From Dehalococcoidia bacterium (GTDB lineage Bacteria; Chloroflexota; Dehalococcoidia; DSTF01; RBG-16-68-14): a DNA stretch of 32,065 nucleotides. The notes under the pieces are model-generated. The model was given only the letters and a program-made list of their open reading frames with translations, did no database searches and was not told where the DNA came from. The stretch covers positions 1-32,065 of the forward strand of contig JBBEBM010000032.1 in the NCBI GenBank assembly GCA_040882355.1, in the 5' to 3' direction. Of the stretch, positions 5,299-12,789 are shown one piece after another (position 1 is the first letter of the stretch; each line of letters starts with the position of its first letter). The translations under genes and the position numbers were made by a program.

Positions 5299-8097
5299 TT
5301 ACGAACACCCGCTAGTGCTGCCGCAATTTCCGCAGCGATAGCAAGTGCCGCTTCGCACCATGATCCAGCCACAGTTCGCGCAGGCCGGGGCGTCGGACTG
5401 TCCGCGACGCATCACGCCGGCATGCACAACGTCGATCGCGGTTTCGGCATGACCGTTGCCCGCGATCTCACTGTGACCATTGGAACCGTTCGCGTCGTTT
5501 TCCACATGTTCCAACCGTTCAATCATGCGCTGCTTTACTTCTTGGGTCAAGATCCCCAAGTCCTCAACTTCGTCCGCCGTGAGGAATTTCGATGCGAGCC
5601 AGCGGAACAAGTAGTCGATGATCGATTGCGCGAACGGTATCTCGGGGTTCGACGTCGCGCCCGCGGGCTCGAAACGCATGTGACTGAAGTTGCGCACGAG
5701 GTCGCGCAACGGCACGCCGTACTGCAGCGCGTACGAGATCGCGCGACCGAAGGACTCCATCATGCCATAGATGGTGCTGCCCTGCTTCGCCATGCTGACG
5801 AACACCTCCGCCGGCGTGCCGTCCTCGTACAACCCGACGGTGAGATAGCCGGTGTGGCCCTCGATCTTGAACTTGTGCGTGATCGAGGTGCGCGTGTCGG
5901 GCAGCTCGCGGCGGACCGGGTGCGGCGTGTCGGCCGGTAGCGCGCCGTTACTGCGCGAGTTCGTGTCGTTCGTGCCGGTGGAGAGCGGCTGCACCTTCTT
6001 CGAGCCGTCCCGGTAGACGGCGATCGCCTTCACGCCGTGGCGCCACGCCTCGGTGTAGGCGTCCATCACGTCGCCGGCGGTCGCTTCCTGCGGCAGGTTG
6101 ACCGTCTTGGAGATCGCGCCGGAGATGAACGGCTGGACGGCGCCCATCATCTTGATGTGGCCCATGTGATGGATGGTGCGTTCGCCTTGTTCCGCCTTGA
6201 ACGCGCAATCGAAAACGGGCAAATGCTCCTCCTTGAGTCCCTTTGCTCCTTCTATAGTACCTGTTTCATCGATTACACGCACTATCCGATCAACAAGATC
6301 GTTGTCATAACCAAGCCGTCGTAGCGCGAGGGGCACGGTGTTGTTCACGATCTTCATCAATCCGCCGCCTACGAGCTTCTTGTACTTCACCAGCGCGATG
6401 TCCGGCTCGACGCCGGTTGTGTCGCAGTCCATCATGAACGCGATCGTGCCCGTCGGCGCGATCACCGTCGCCTGCGCGTTGCGATAGCCGTGCGCGCTGC
6501 CGAGATCGAGCGCGCGGTCCCAGGCGTTACGCGCGGACGCGACGAGCTCATCGAAGTTCGACGCCGTCATGTCCGCGTTCGACGCATCGATCGCGTGAGA
6601 CGCGTCGCGGTGCTGCGCGATGACGCGCAACATCGGCTCGCGGTTCTTGTGGTACGCCGCGAACGGGCCGACGCGCTCCGCTATCGTCGCGGAGGTGGCG
6701 TAGGCGTGGCCCGTCATCAGCGCGGTGATCGAGGCGGCGTAGGCGCGGCCGGCGTCCGAGTCGTACGGGACGCCGAGCGCCATCAGCAGGGCGCCGAGGT
6801 TGGCGTAGCCGAGGCCGAGCTGGCGCATGTCGTTCGCGTTTCGCTCGATCTTGGGGGTCGGGTAGCTGGAGTAGCCGACGATGATCTCCTGCGCCCAGAT
6901 CATCGTCGCCACCGTCCGCCGGAAGCCCTCGACGTCGAAGCGGCCCTCCTCATCGAGGAAGGTGAGGAGGTTGATGGAGGCCAGGTTGCAGGCCGAGTCG
7001 TCGACGTGCATGTACTCAGAACACGGGTTCGAGGCGTTGATCCGGCCGGAGTTCGGACAGGTGTGCCAGTGGTTGATGATGGTGTCGAACTGCATGCCCG
7101 GGTCGCCGCACTCCCAGGTCGCCTGGGCGATACGGCGCAGCACCTCGCGCGCCTTGACCACGTCCATCGTCTGGCCCGAGGTGATCCCGCGCAGCTCCCA
7201 GTCGCGGTCGTCGATGACGGCTTGCATGAACTCGTCCGTGGCGCGGACCGAGTTGTTGGCGTTCTGGAACTGGACCGAGGCCCAGGCCTCGCCGTTGAGC
7301 GACATGTCCCAGCCGGCGGCGCCCAGGTCATACGCCTTGCGCTCCTCGCGCGCCTTGCACTCGATGAACTCGAGCACGTCCGGGTGCTCCGCGTTGAGGA
7401 CGACCATCTTCGCGGCGCGCCGCGTCTTGCCGCCGGACTTGATCGAGCCGGCGATAGCGTCGGCGCCGCGCATGAACGATACCGGGCCCGACGCGATGCC
7501 GCCCGACGAGAGCTGCTCGCGGCTCGAGCGGATTTTCGAGAGGTTGACGCCGGAACCGGAGCCGCCCTTGAAGATCATCCCTTCCGTCTTCGACCACTCC
7601 AGGATCGACTCCATGGTGTCGTCCACGGAGAGGATGAAGCAGGCCGAGCACTGCGGCTTCTCTTCGACGCCGACGTTGAACCAGACCGGGCTGTTGAAGC
7701 AGGCCTTCTGGTGGAGCAGCAGGTGCGTCAGCTCCGCAGCGAACGTCTCCGACTCATCGGCCGACGCGAAGTAGCCGCCGTCGACGCCCCACGACGTGAT
7801 CGTGTTGACGACGCGGTCGATGAGCTGGCGCACGGAGGTCTCGCGCTGCTCTGTGCCGAGCGGGCCGCGGAAGTACTTGGAGACGACGACGTTGGTCGCC
7901 GTCAGCGACCAGAACGCGGGCATCTCCACCTCGTGCTGCTCGAAGACCGCCTGGCCGGACTCGTCGGCGATGCCGGCGGAGCGTCGTTCCCACTCGACCA
8001 GATCGTAGGGGTGCACGCCGGGCGTGGTGAAATAGCGTTCGATACGGAGCGCGTCCGAAACCTCAGTGTGGCCTGTCCTGTCCGGCGTCATGACCAT
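5299..8097 (-). CDS. nrdJ: Second class II ribonucleotide reductase (932 aa) with TSCPD region and C-terminal Cys4 zinc ribbon
   Basis: FNSPVWFN, PQCSACFILSVDD, GSGSG, SGGKTRRAAKM, QNANNSV, GDPGMQFD, ASNPCSEY, ACNLASINL, LGLGYANLG, APTGTIAF, ISKTVN, AVYRDGSK, SITHKF, CANCG...CGNCGSTSGCS. Confidence 0.96.
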   Translation of the reverse strand: MVMTPDRTGHTEVSDALRIERYFTTPGVHPYDLVEWERRSAGIADESGQAVFEQHEVEMPAFWSLTATNVVVSKYFRGPLGTEQRETSVRQLIDRVVNTITSWGVDGGYFASADESETFAAELTHLLLHQKACFNSPVWFNVGVEEKPQCSACFILSVDDTMESILEWSKTEGMIFKGGSGSGVNLSKIRSSREQLSSGGIASGPVSFMRGADAIAGSIKSGGKTRRAAKMVVLNAEHPDVLEFIECKAREERKAYDLGAAGWDMSLNGEAWASVQFQNANNSVRATDEFMQAVIDDRDWELRGITSGQTMDVVKAREVLRRIAQATWECGDPGMQFDTIINHWHTCPNSGRINASNPCSEYMHVDDSACNLASINLLTFLDEEGRFDVEGFRRTVATMIWAQEIIVGYSSYPTPKIERNANDMRQLGLGYANLGALLMALGVPYDSDAGRAYAASITALMTGHAYATSATIAERVGPFAAYHKNREPMLRVIAQHRDASHAIDASNADMTASNFDELVASARNAWDRALDLGSAHGYRNAQATVIAPTGTIAFMMDCDTTGVEPDIALVKYKKLVGGGLMKIVNNTVPLALRRLGYDNDLVDRIVRVIDETGTIEGAKGLKEEHLPVFDCAFKAEQGERTIHHMGHIKMMGAVQPFISGAISKTVNLPQEATAGDVMDAYTEAWRHGVKAIAVYRDGSKKVQPLSTGTNDTNSRSNGALPADTPHPVRRELPDTRTSITHKFKIEGHTGYLTVGLYEDGTPAEVFVSMAKQGSTIYGMMESFGRAISYALQYGVPLRDLVRNFSHMRFEPAGATSNPEIPFAQSIIDYLFRWLASKFLTADEVEDLGILTQEVKQRMIERLEHVENDANGSNGHSEIAGNGHAETAIDVVHAGVMRRGQSDAPACANCGWIMVRSGTCYRCGNCGSTSGCS

Positions 8098-8128
8098 GTT
8101 GCGGGGGACTCCCTTCCCAAAGATCGTC

Positions 8129-8914
8129 TCAGTTCAGTGTTGCCGGCCTCACGACCGACAGGACGAAGCGCGCGCTGCCACGCAGGAAGCCCTTCGCTTC
8201 GCAGTGGTAGACGCACCATGGCTGGTCCGGCCACGGCGTCTCGTGTCCGGTCTCTCGTTGCTTCGACGCGTAGGCGCGCGCGATCGGCGACGTCTCGTTC
8301 GACAGGCTGCGGTAGGCCGTCGCGCCTTTCGCGGTGAGCAGCGGCTGGCCGCTCTTCCAGCGCACGCGCAGCCCGAGCTTCTGCTCGCGCTCCCAGCAGA
8401 CGACCTGCGCGGGCGCGTCGGAGAGCTCGCCCATGCGCAGCGCTGTCGACTGCAGCGACGCCTCGTAGGTGCGCGCGAGCCGCTCGACGGTGTTCAAGCT
8501 GACGCCCTCGCCCTGCATCGACTGCGTGAACATCTCGTACGGCATGAGTAGCTCGGCGGCGATCTGGTCGCAGAGCCGCTCGAGCGCCGTTCCGCGGCGC
8601 GGCGTGCGCGCGGCGAGCACGACGGTGGCGGGCTTGTCGCCCATCCTGTCGACGATCGTGTGGGCGATCTCGTGCGCCATCGTGAAGCGCTCGCGCAGCG
8701 GCTGGCGGCTGTTGAGCAGCATCGTCAGGCTGCCGTCCTGACCCTCCTTGACCATGCCGAGCGTGCGCTTCATCTTGCGATGGCGGATCGAATTGATGCC
8801 CTGCAGCTTTGCAAGCTGGACGAGATCGACGGGCGGCTCAGAGACACGCGCGGCATCGAGCAGCCGGTTCACGGCCTCCCGAATCGTCTCGCTGTCGATC
8901 TGTACGGCGGTCAT
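8129..8914 (-). CDS. ImmA/IrrE-family (peptidase M78) zinc metallo-endopeptidase, 261 aa
   Basis: Start re-assigned to ATG 8914 (SD GGGGAGG at 8923-8917). Motifs PPVDLVQLA, RERFTMAHEIAH (HExxH), LERLCDQIAAELLMP (third ligand Glu), HTH-like VERLARTYEASLQSTALR, then a beta-rich C-terminal domain. Confidence 0.88.
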   Translation of the reverse strand: MTAVQIDSETIREAVNRLLDAARVSEPPVDLVQLAKLQGINSIRHRKMKRTLGMVKEGQDGSLTMLLNSRQPLRERFTMAHEIAHTIVDRMGDKPATVVLAARTPRRGTALERLCDQIAAELLMPYEMFTQSMQGEGVSLNTVERLARTYEASLQSTALRMGELSDAPAQVVCWEREQKLGLRVRWKSGQPLLTAKGATAYRSLSNETSPIARAYASKQRETGHETPWPDQPWCVYHCEAKGFLRGSARFVLSVVRPATLN

Positions 8915-8978
8915 TGCCTCCCCAATGCCCTCAAGGGGCGCCCGCTCCTCCGGGGGCGCCCCGTCGGGCCTACGACGA

Positions 8979-9377
8979 TCAGCGTGCGGCCGGCGTCTCC
9001 CTTGCGGGCGAGACGGGCGATCCCTCGCCCGCATCGCCGGCCGCTCTCGCGTCCTGCGCATCTTCAGTTGGCTGCGACGACCCGCCTTTCGCGAACTCGC
9101 CCTTGGCCAGCCGCAGCCGGTACATAGTGCGCCGCCCATTCCCGCCGGGCGGCTGGCCCGGCAGACGAAGCCGCACGATCATCGGGCGGCGGGTGACGCG
9201 GATCTGACGGCCGGAGTCCAACTCCAGCGCGAGGCCGCCGTGCGCCGTACGGATCGAATGCGACTCGCGCAGCGGCTCCATCGTGGCGACAGCGGCCGCC
9301 TCGTCGAGCTGGCAGGGGCCTTCAGCGATCAGCTCGCCTTCGGCGTTCACAAGCCGGGCGTGGGGGCGCTCGATCAT
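8979..9377 (-). CDS. Hypothetical protein (132 aa), translationally coupled to nrdR
   Basis: ATGA overlap with the nrdR stop at 9374-9377 and GGAGG upstream. Fills the space between nrdR and the protease. Confidence 0.7.
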   Translation of the reverse strand: MIERPHARLVNAEGELIAEGPCQLDEAAAVATMEPLRESHSIRTAHGGLALELDSGRQIRVTRRPMIVRLRLPGQPPGGNGRRTMYRLRLAKGEFAKGGSSQPTEDAQDARAAGDAGEGSPVSPARETPAAR

Positions 9378-10006
9378 GAGCGTTGCCTCCGATGCCGGGC
9401 CTCGCCCAGCTCGCTCGGCGGCGTCCGGCGGACGTTCGTCGAGCCGGCCGGCCTGCCTCGACGCCGTCGCACCGGGAAGGCGCGCACGCCGCGGGTGAGC
9501 GTACGCAGATCTTCTTCAGGCAAGAGGGGCGGCTGGCCGGCGCCCGGCCCGGGCGGCGTGCCGCGCGTCGCGAGCGACTCCAGCTCCTGCTGCAGCTCCT
9601 CCAGGTCGGCGAAGGACCGGTAGACGGAGGCGAACCTGATGTAGGCGATATGGTCGAGCTCGCGCAGGTGGTCCATCACCAGCTCGCCCACCTCCTCGCT
9701 GGGTACCTCGGGCGCGCCTCGCTGGCGGAGCGCCGATTCGATCGCGTCGGCGACGGCCTCGATGGTGCCGCCGGGGAGCGGGCGCTTCTCGCAGGCCTTT
9801 CGCAGCCCGCCGAGCAGCTTCTCGCGCGAGAACTCCTCGCGCCGGCCGTCCTTCTTGACGACGAGCAGCTCACCGGCGGTGAGGCGCTCCATGGTGGTAA
9901 AGCGCTGCTCGCAGTTCAGGCACTCGCGGCGGCGACGAATGCCGTCGTCGGCGTCCCGTGAGTCGGTCACCTTCGTATCTGCGAAACCACAATATGGACA
10001 ACGCAT
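9374..10006 (-). CDS. nrdR: Transcriptional repressor NrdR with about 60-aa C-terminal extension
   Basis: MRCPYCG...VTDSR...IRRRRECLNCEQRFTT zinc ribbon, VVKKDGRREEFSREKL ATP-cone, AYIRFASVYRSF. Confidence 0.97.
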   Translation of the reverse strand: MRCPYCGFADTKVTDSRDADDGIRRRRECLNCEQRFTTMERLTAGELLVVKKDGRREEFSREKLLGGLRKACEKRPLPGGTIEAVADAIESALRQRGAPEVPSEEVGELVMDHLRELDHIAYIRFASVYRSFADLEELQQELESLATRGTPPGPGAGQPPLLPEEDLRTLTRGVRAFPVRRRRGRPAGSTNVRRTPPSELGEARHRRQRS

Positions 10007-10022
10007 GGCTCTCGTAAAGTCG

Positions 10023-10052
10023 AATCTAGCACAACATCTGGTGCAGTGTCAA
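10023..10052 (-). promoter_or_regulatory. Sigma70-type promoter of the nrdR operon
   Basis: Minus strand TTGACA (10052-10047), 18-nt spacer, TAGATT (10028-10023), with TG at the extended -10 position. Ends 16 nt before the nrdR ATG. Confidence 0.8.
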
Positions 10053-10073
10053 GTCAGATCACCAGATATTGTG
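10030..10073. promoter_or_regulatory. Pair of NrdR boxes
   Basis: CACAACATCTGGTG (10030-10043) and CACCAGATATTGTG (10060-10073) are 13/14 reverse complements of each other and 30 bp apart. They fit the NrdR-box consensus acaCwAtATaTwGtg, and one lies in the promoter spacer. Confidence 0.85.
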
Positions 10074-10155
10074 GAAACAGGCGTGCGAAAGGTCTACGCC
10101 CCTACCTAGATTGCCCGGCGCGTGCTGCCGAGAATACTAACAGCATGGGCAGAGT

Positions 10156-10182
10156 TAAAGATCCGTTCGCTGCCGCCGATAC
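10156..10182 (+). promoter_or_regulatory. Sigma28 (FliA/WhiG/SigD)-type promoter for the Tad pilin cluster
   Basis: TAAA (10156-10159), 15 nt, GCCGATAC (10175-10182), versus consensus TAAA-N15/16-GCCGATAA. A weaker copy TAGA-N16-GCCGAGAA lies at 10107-10134. Confidence 0.65.
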
Positions 10183-10232
10183 TGCTATCGGGAGAACCCC
10201 TAAGGGGTTCGACCCCGACAACAGAAGAGACG

Positions 10233-10328
10233 ACTCCGAACGAGGGCAAACCCGGTGAGAGCCGGGGACGCAAAGCCACGGATCTCCCCTCCGCTCCATG
10301 CGGAGACAGACCGCCGGGCTGCCGGAGC
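10233..10328 (+). ncRNA. Cyclic di-GMP-I (GEMM) riboswitch
   Basis: AGGGCAAACCCGG-TGAGA-GCCGGGGACGCAAAGCCACGGATC...GACCGCCGGGCTGCCG, with P1 CTCCG/CGGAG. The GGGCAAACC, GGACGCAAAGCC and GGGCTGCCG landmarks are in the expected order upstream of pilin genes. Confidence 0.9.
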
Positions 10329-10343
10329 CCATTCGGAGCCTTC

Positions 10344-10374
10344 AGCCCACCGCCAGGCATGAAGGCGGTGGGCT
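10344..10374 (+). terminator. Hairpin in riboswitch expression platform
   Basis: 11-bp stem AGCCCACCGCC/GGCGGTGGGCT with weak U-tract (TTCCTAT). A competing pairing is GCCTTCA 10338-10344 with TGAAGGC 10360-10366. Confidence 0.55.
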
Positions 10375-10405
10375 TCCTATCGTGGAAGGCCCGTGGAGGT
10401 GCGCA

Positions 10406-10894
10406 GTGACGAATCTAACGCATATCACGGCAACCGAGGGAGACGAGATCTTGGAGCGCCAGGGTCGCAAACCGAGACCGTGGCGCGCAAGCCGGCGGCT
10501 GGGCCGGTTCGCCAGGCGAGAGCGTGGCCAGAACATTGTTGAGTTCGCGATCATGGCGCCCCTGCTCTTCCTCCTGGTGTTCGGCATCATCGATTTCGGC
10601 ATCGGCCTCCACTCGTGGATCACGGTCACCAACGCGGCCCGCGAAGGCGCCCGGCTCGGGGCCGTTCACGCGTCGGAAGCGGAGATCATCGCGAAGGTAG
10701 AGGAGTCAGCGCACAACGTCGATCCGGCGGACCTCGACATTACCGTCACCAACGAGGACCCGGACGGCCTGAGCACGGGCGAGCCTGTGACCGTGGAGGT
10801 CGCGTACGAGTACACGCTGATGACGCCCCTGAGCGCCATGCTCCAGATCCCCAGCTTCAACATCGTGTCCACGGCCGAGATGCGGCTCGAGTGA
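10406..10894 (+). CDS. TadE-like minor pilin
   Basis: GTG 10406 with GGAGG at 10395-10399; basic leader RRERG|QNIVEFAIMAPLLFLLVFGIIDFG...NAAREGARLGAV. Confidence 0.88.
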   Translation: MTNLTHITATEGDEILERQGRKPRPWRASRRLGRFARRERGQNIVEFAIMAPLLFLLVFGIIDFGIGLHSWITVTNAAREGARLGAVHASEAEIIAKVEESAHNVDPADLDITVTNEDPDGLSTGEPVTVEVAYEYTLMTPLSAMLQIPSFNIVSTAEMRLE

Positions 10895-10923
10895 CTGGCA
10901 AGGCCAAAGTGAGTGCGACAGCG

Positions 10924-12789
10924 ATGAAAGCAACGACAAACCGAAACGCGGACAGGCCTCACGGCGAGCGTGGGCAGATCATGTGGCTGTGCGCATTCAT
11001 GCTCGCCATCCTCCTGGGGATGGTCGCCATGGTCGTGGACGTCGGCAACTTCCTGCACGAGCGGGCGCAGCTCCAGACGGTCGTGGACGCGGCCGCACTG
11101 GCAGCGGCTCAGGAGCTGCCGGACAACGACACGATGGCTGACGACGTTGCCCTCGAATACGCCGCGGCCAACCACCCGACGCTCGATCTCTCGAACGTGA
11201 ACAGCACCTTCTACTGCTTCGTTGGGGACGACGACGACAACGGCGTTCCCGACGCGAACGACATTCCGGCCGCCTGCAACCCGGGCAGCAACGCTGCCTG
11301 GACCTGCGGCGGCGGCGCCTGCGCGAGCCCCTGCTTCCCCAACGAAGGCGACAAGTGCAACACCATCAGCGTGGGCGCGGAGAACAGCGTCTCGTTCATC
11401 TTCGCTCCCGTCATTGGCATGGAGGAAGCGGACACCGGGACCATCCATGCCGCCGCCTGCCACGGCGCCTGCGGCGGACCAGCCGCCGGCCCGCTGGACG
11501 TGGTGATGATCATCGACCGGTCCAGCAGCATGAGCAGCTCGGAGCTGAACGACGCTAAGACAGCGGCGAGGGCCGTCCTGGACATCTTCAATCCGGCACA
11601 GCAGCACGTCGCCCTTGGCGTCCTGGGCGCCAGTGACCCGAGCAACCTCTGCAACGACGAGGACCCCGATGACGGCGGCACCTGGCTGGCGGTGCCCCTC
11701 TCCAGCGACTTCAAGAACTCGGACGGAACGCTGAACACCTCCAGCTCCCTGGTGAGCACGATCAACTGCCTCACCAGCTCCAGCCAGGGGACGAACCTGG
11801 GCAGCCCGATCAACGACGAGGCGTACGGCCAGCCGGACGCGATGTCGCACCTGCTCACCAGCGGCCGTCCGGGCGTGAAGAAGGCGATCATCCTGTTCAC
11901 GGACGGCGCGGCCAACCAGCCGACGAGCACCCCCGCCACCAACACGGGCTGGCTGAACTGCGCCGCGCAGGCCGCGACCACCGGCGGCGACAACAACGGC
12001 TTCCAGACAACCCCAATCGGCGCGTGCGCGGACGCCGGCACGGAGGCCTCGGACGCGAACAGCGGCACCGGCACCAGCACGTCCTGCACGAACAGCGGCA
12101 AGGACAAGCACATCTTCTACGACTACAACATCAGCGCACCCGCTGGTAACACCATCGACGGCATCGAAGTCCGGCTGGACGCGAGGATCAATACCGCTTC
12201 CGGCACCCGGCGCATGTGCGTGCAGCTTTCATGGGACGGCGGCACGACGTGGACCTCAACCGACCAGACTTCGAACCTGAGCACGAGTCAGCAGACCTAC
12301 ACGCTGGGCGACAACGACGATGACTGGGGTCACACTTGGACGGCCAATGAGCTCACGAACGCGAACTTCCGCGTCCGCGTCATCGACGTAGCGGACAGCA
12401 CCAGCCGCACATTTCTCCTGGACTGGGTCTCCATCCGGGTGCACAGCAGCCAGAGCTTCGACGCATGCGAGTACGCGTTCGACCAGGCCGAGACGGCGAA
12501 GGCCGCCGACATCGAGATCTTCGCCCTGGGCTACGGCCTGGAGAACGAGGAATGCGGAGACAGCTCCAGCTCCCCGTACAACAACCAGTCCGTGACGGAG
12601 CTGCTTGGCGACATGGCGACCGACTCCGAGGATGAGACCGGGTGCGACAACGCATCTGAAGCAGCCCAGGAGAACGGCGACGGCGACCACTTCTACTGTG
12701 AGACCGATTCGTCCGGCCTCTCCGCCATCTTCCAGCAGGCCGCTGAACAACTGGCCACCGGCTCTCGCCTAGTGCGACTTCCGTTCTGA
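10924..12789 (+). CDS. TadG-like pseudopilin with vWA domain (MIDAS DRSSS), Cys-rich segments and an inserted beta-rich domain; start uncertain (10909 GTG or 10924 ATG)
   Basis: GERG|QIMWLCAFMLAILLGMVAMVVDVG...LQTVVDAAALAAAQEL; LDVVMIIDRSSSM, GTNLG, IILFTDG, IEIFALGYG, LSAIFQQAA. Confidence 0.88.
   Translation: MKATTNRNADRPHGERGQIMWLCAFMLAILLGMVAMVVDVGNFLHERAQLQTVVDAAALAAAQELPDNDTMADDVALEYAAANHPTLDLSNVNSTFYCFVGDDDDNGVPDANDIPAACNPGSNAAWTCGGGACASPCFPNEGDKCNTISVGAENSVSFIFAPVIGMEEADTGTIHAAACHGACGGPAAGPLDVVMIIDRSSSMSSSELNDAKTAARAVLDIFNPAQQHVALGVLGASDPSNLCNDEDPDDGGTWLAVPLSSDFKNSDGTLNTSSSLVSTINCLTSSSQGTNLGSPINDEAYGQPDAMSHLLTSGRPGVKKAIILFTDGAANQPTSTPATNTGWLNCAAQAATTGGDNNGFQTTPIGACADAGTEASDANSGTGTSTSCTNSGKDKHIFYDYNISAPAGNTIDGIEVRLDARINTASGTRRMCVQLSWDGGTTWTSTDQTSNLSTSQQTYTLGDNDDDWGHTWTANELTNANFRVRVIDVADSTSRTFLLDWVSIRVHSSQSFDACEYAFDQAETAKAADIEIFALGYGLENEECGDSSSSPYNNQSVTELLGDMATDSEDETGCDNASEAAQENGDGDHFYCETDSSGLSAIFQQAAEQLATGSRLVRLPF

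Noticed and set aside
5498..5506. DnaA-box match TTTTCCACA, plus weak parS-like similarity here and at 6262-6277
   Set aside because: Single hits inside a coding region, with five to six mismatches to parS and no clustering to suggest oriC.
5299..8097. Intein or intron in the RNR genes
   Set aside because: Catalytic motifs are contiguous at normal spacing in both nrdJ genes, with no splice-junction or homing-endonuclease motifs.
8915..9139. Long N-terminal extensions in the ORF track for the protease (also 10615, 13437, 22623, 24745, 30167 and 32036 starts)
   Set aside because: Most overlap neighbouring genes, and downstream starts with SD sequences or stop/start overlaps fit family N-termini better.
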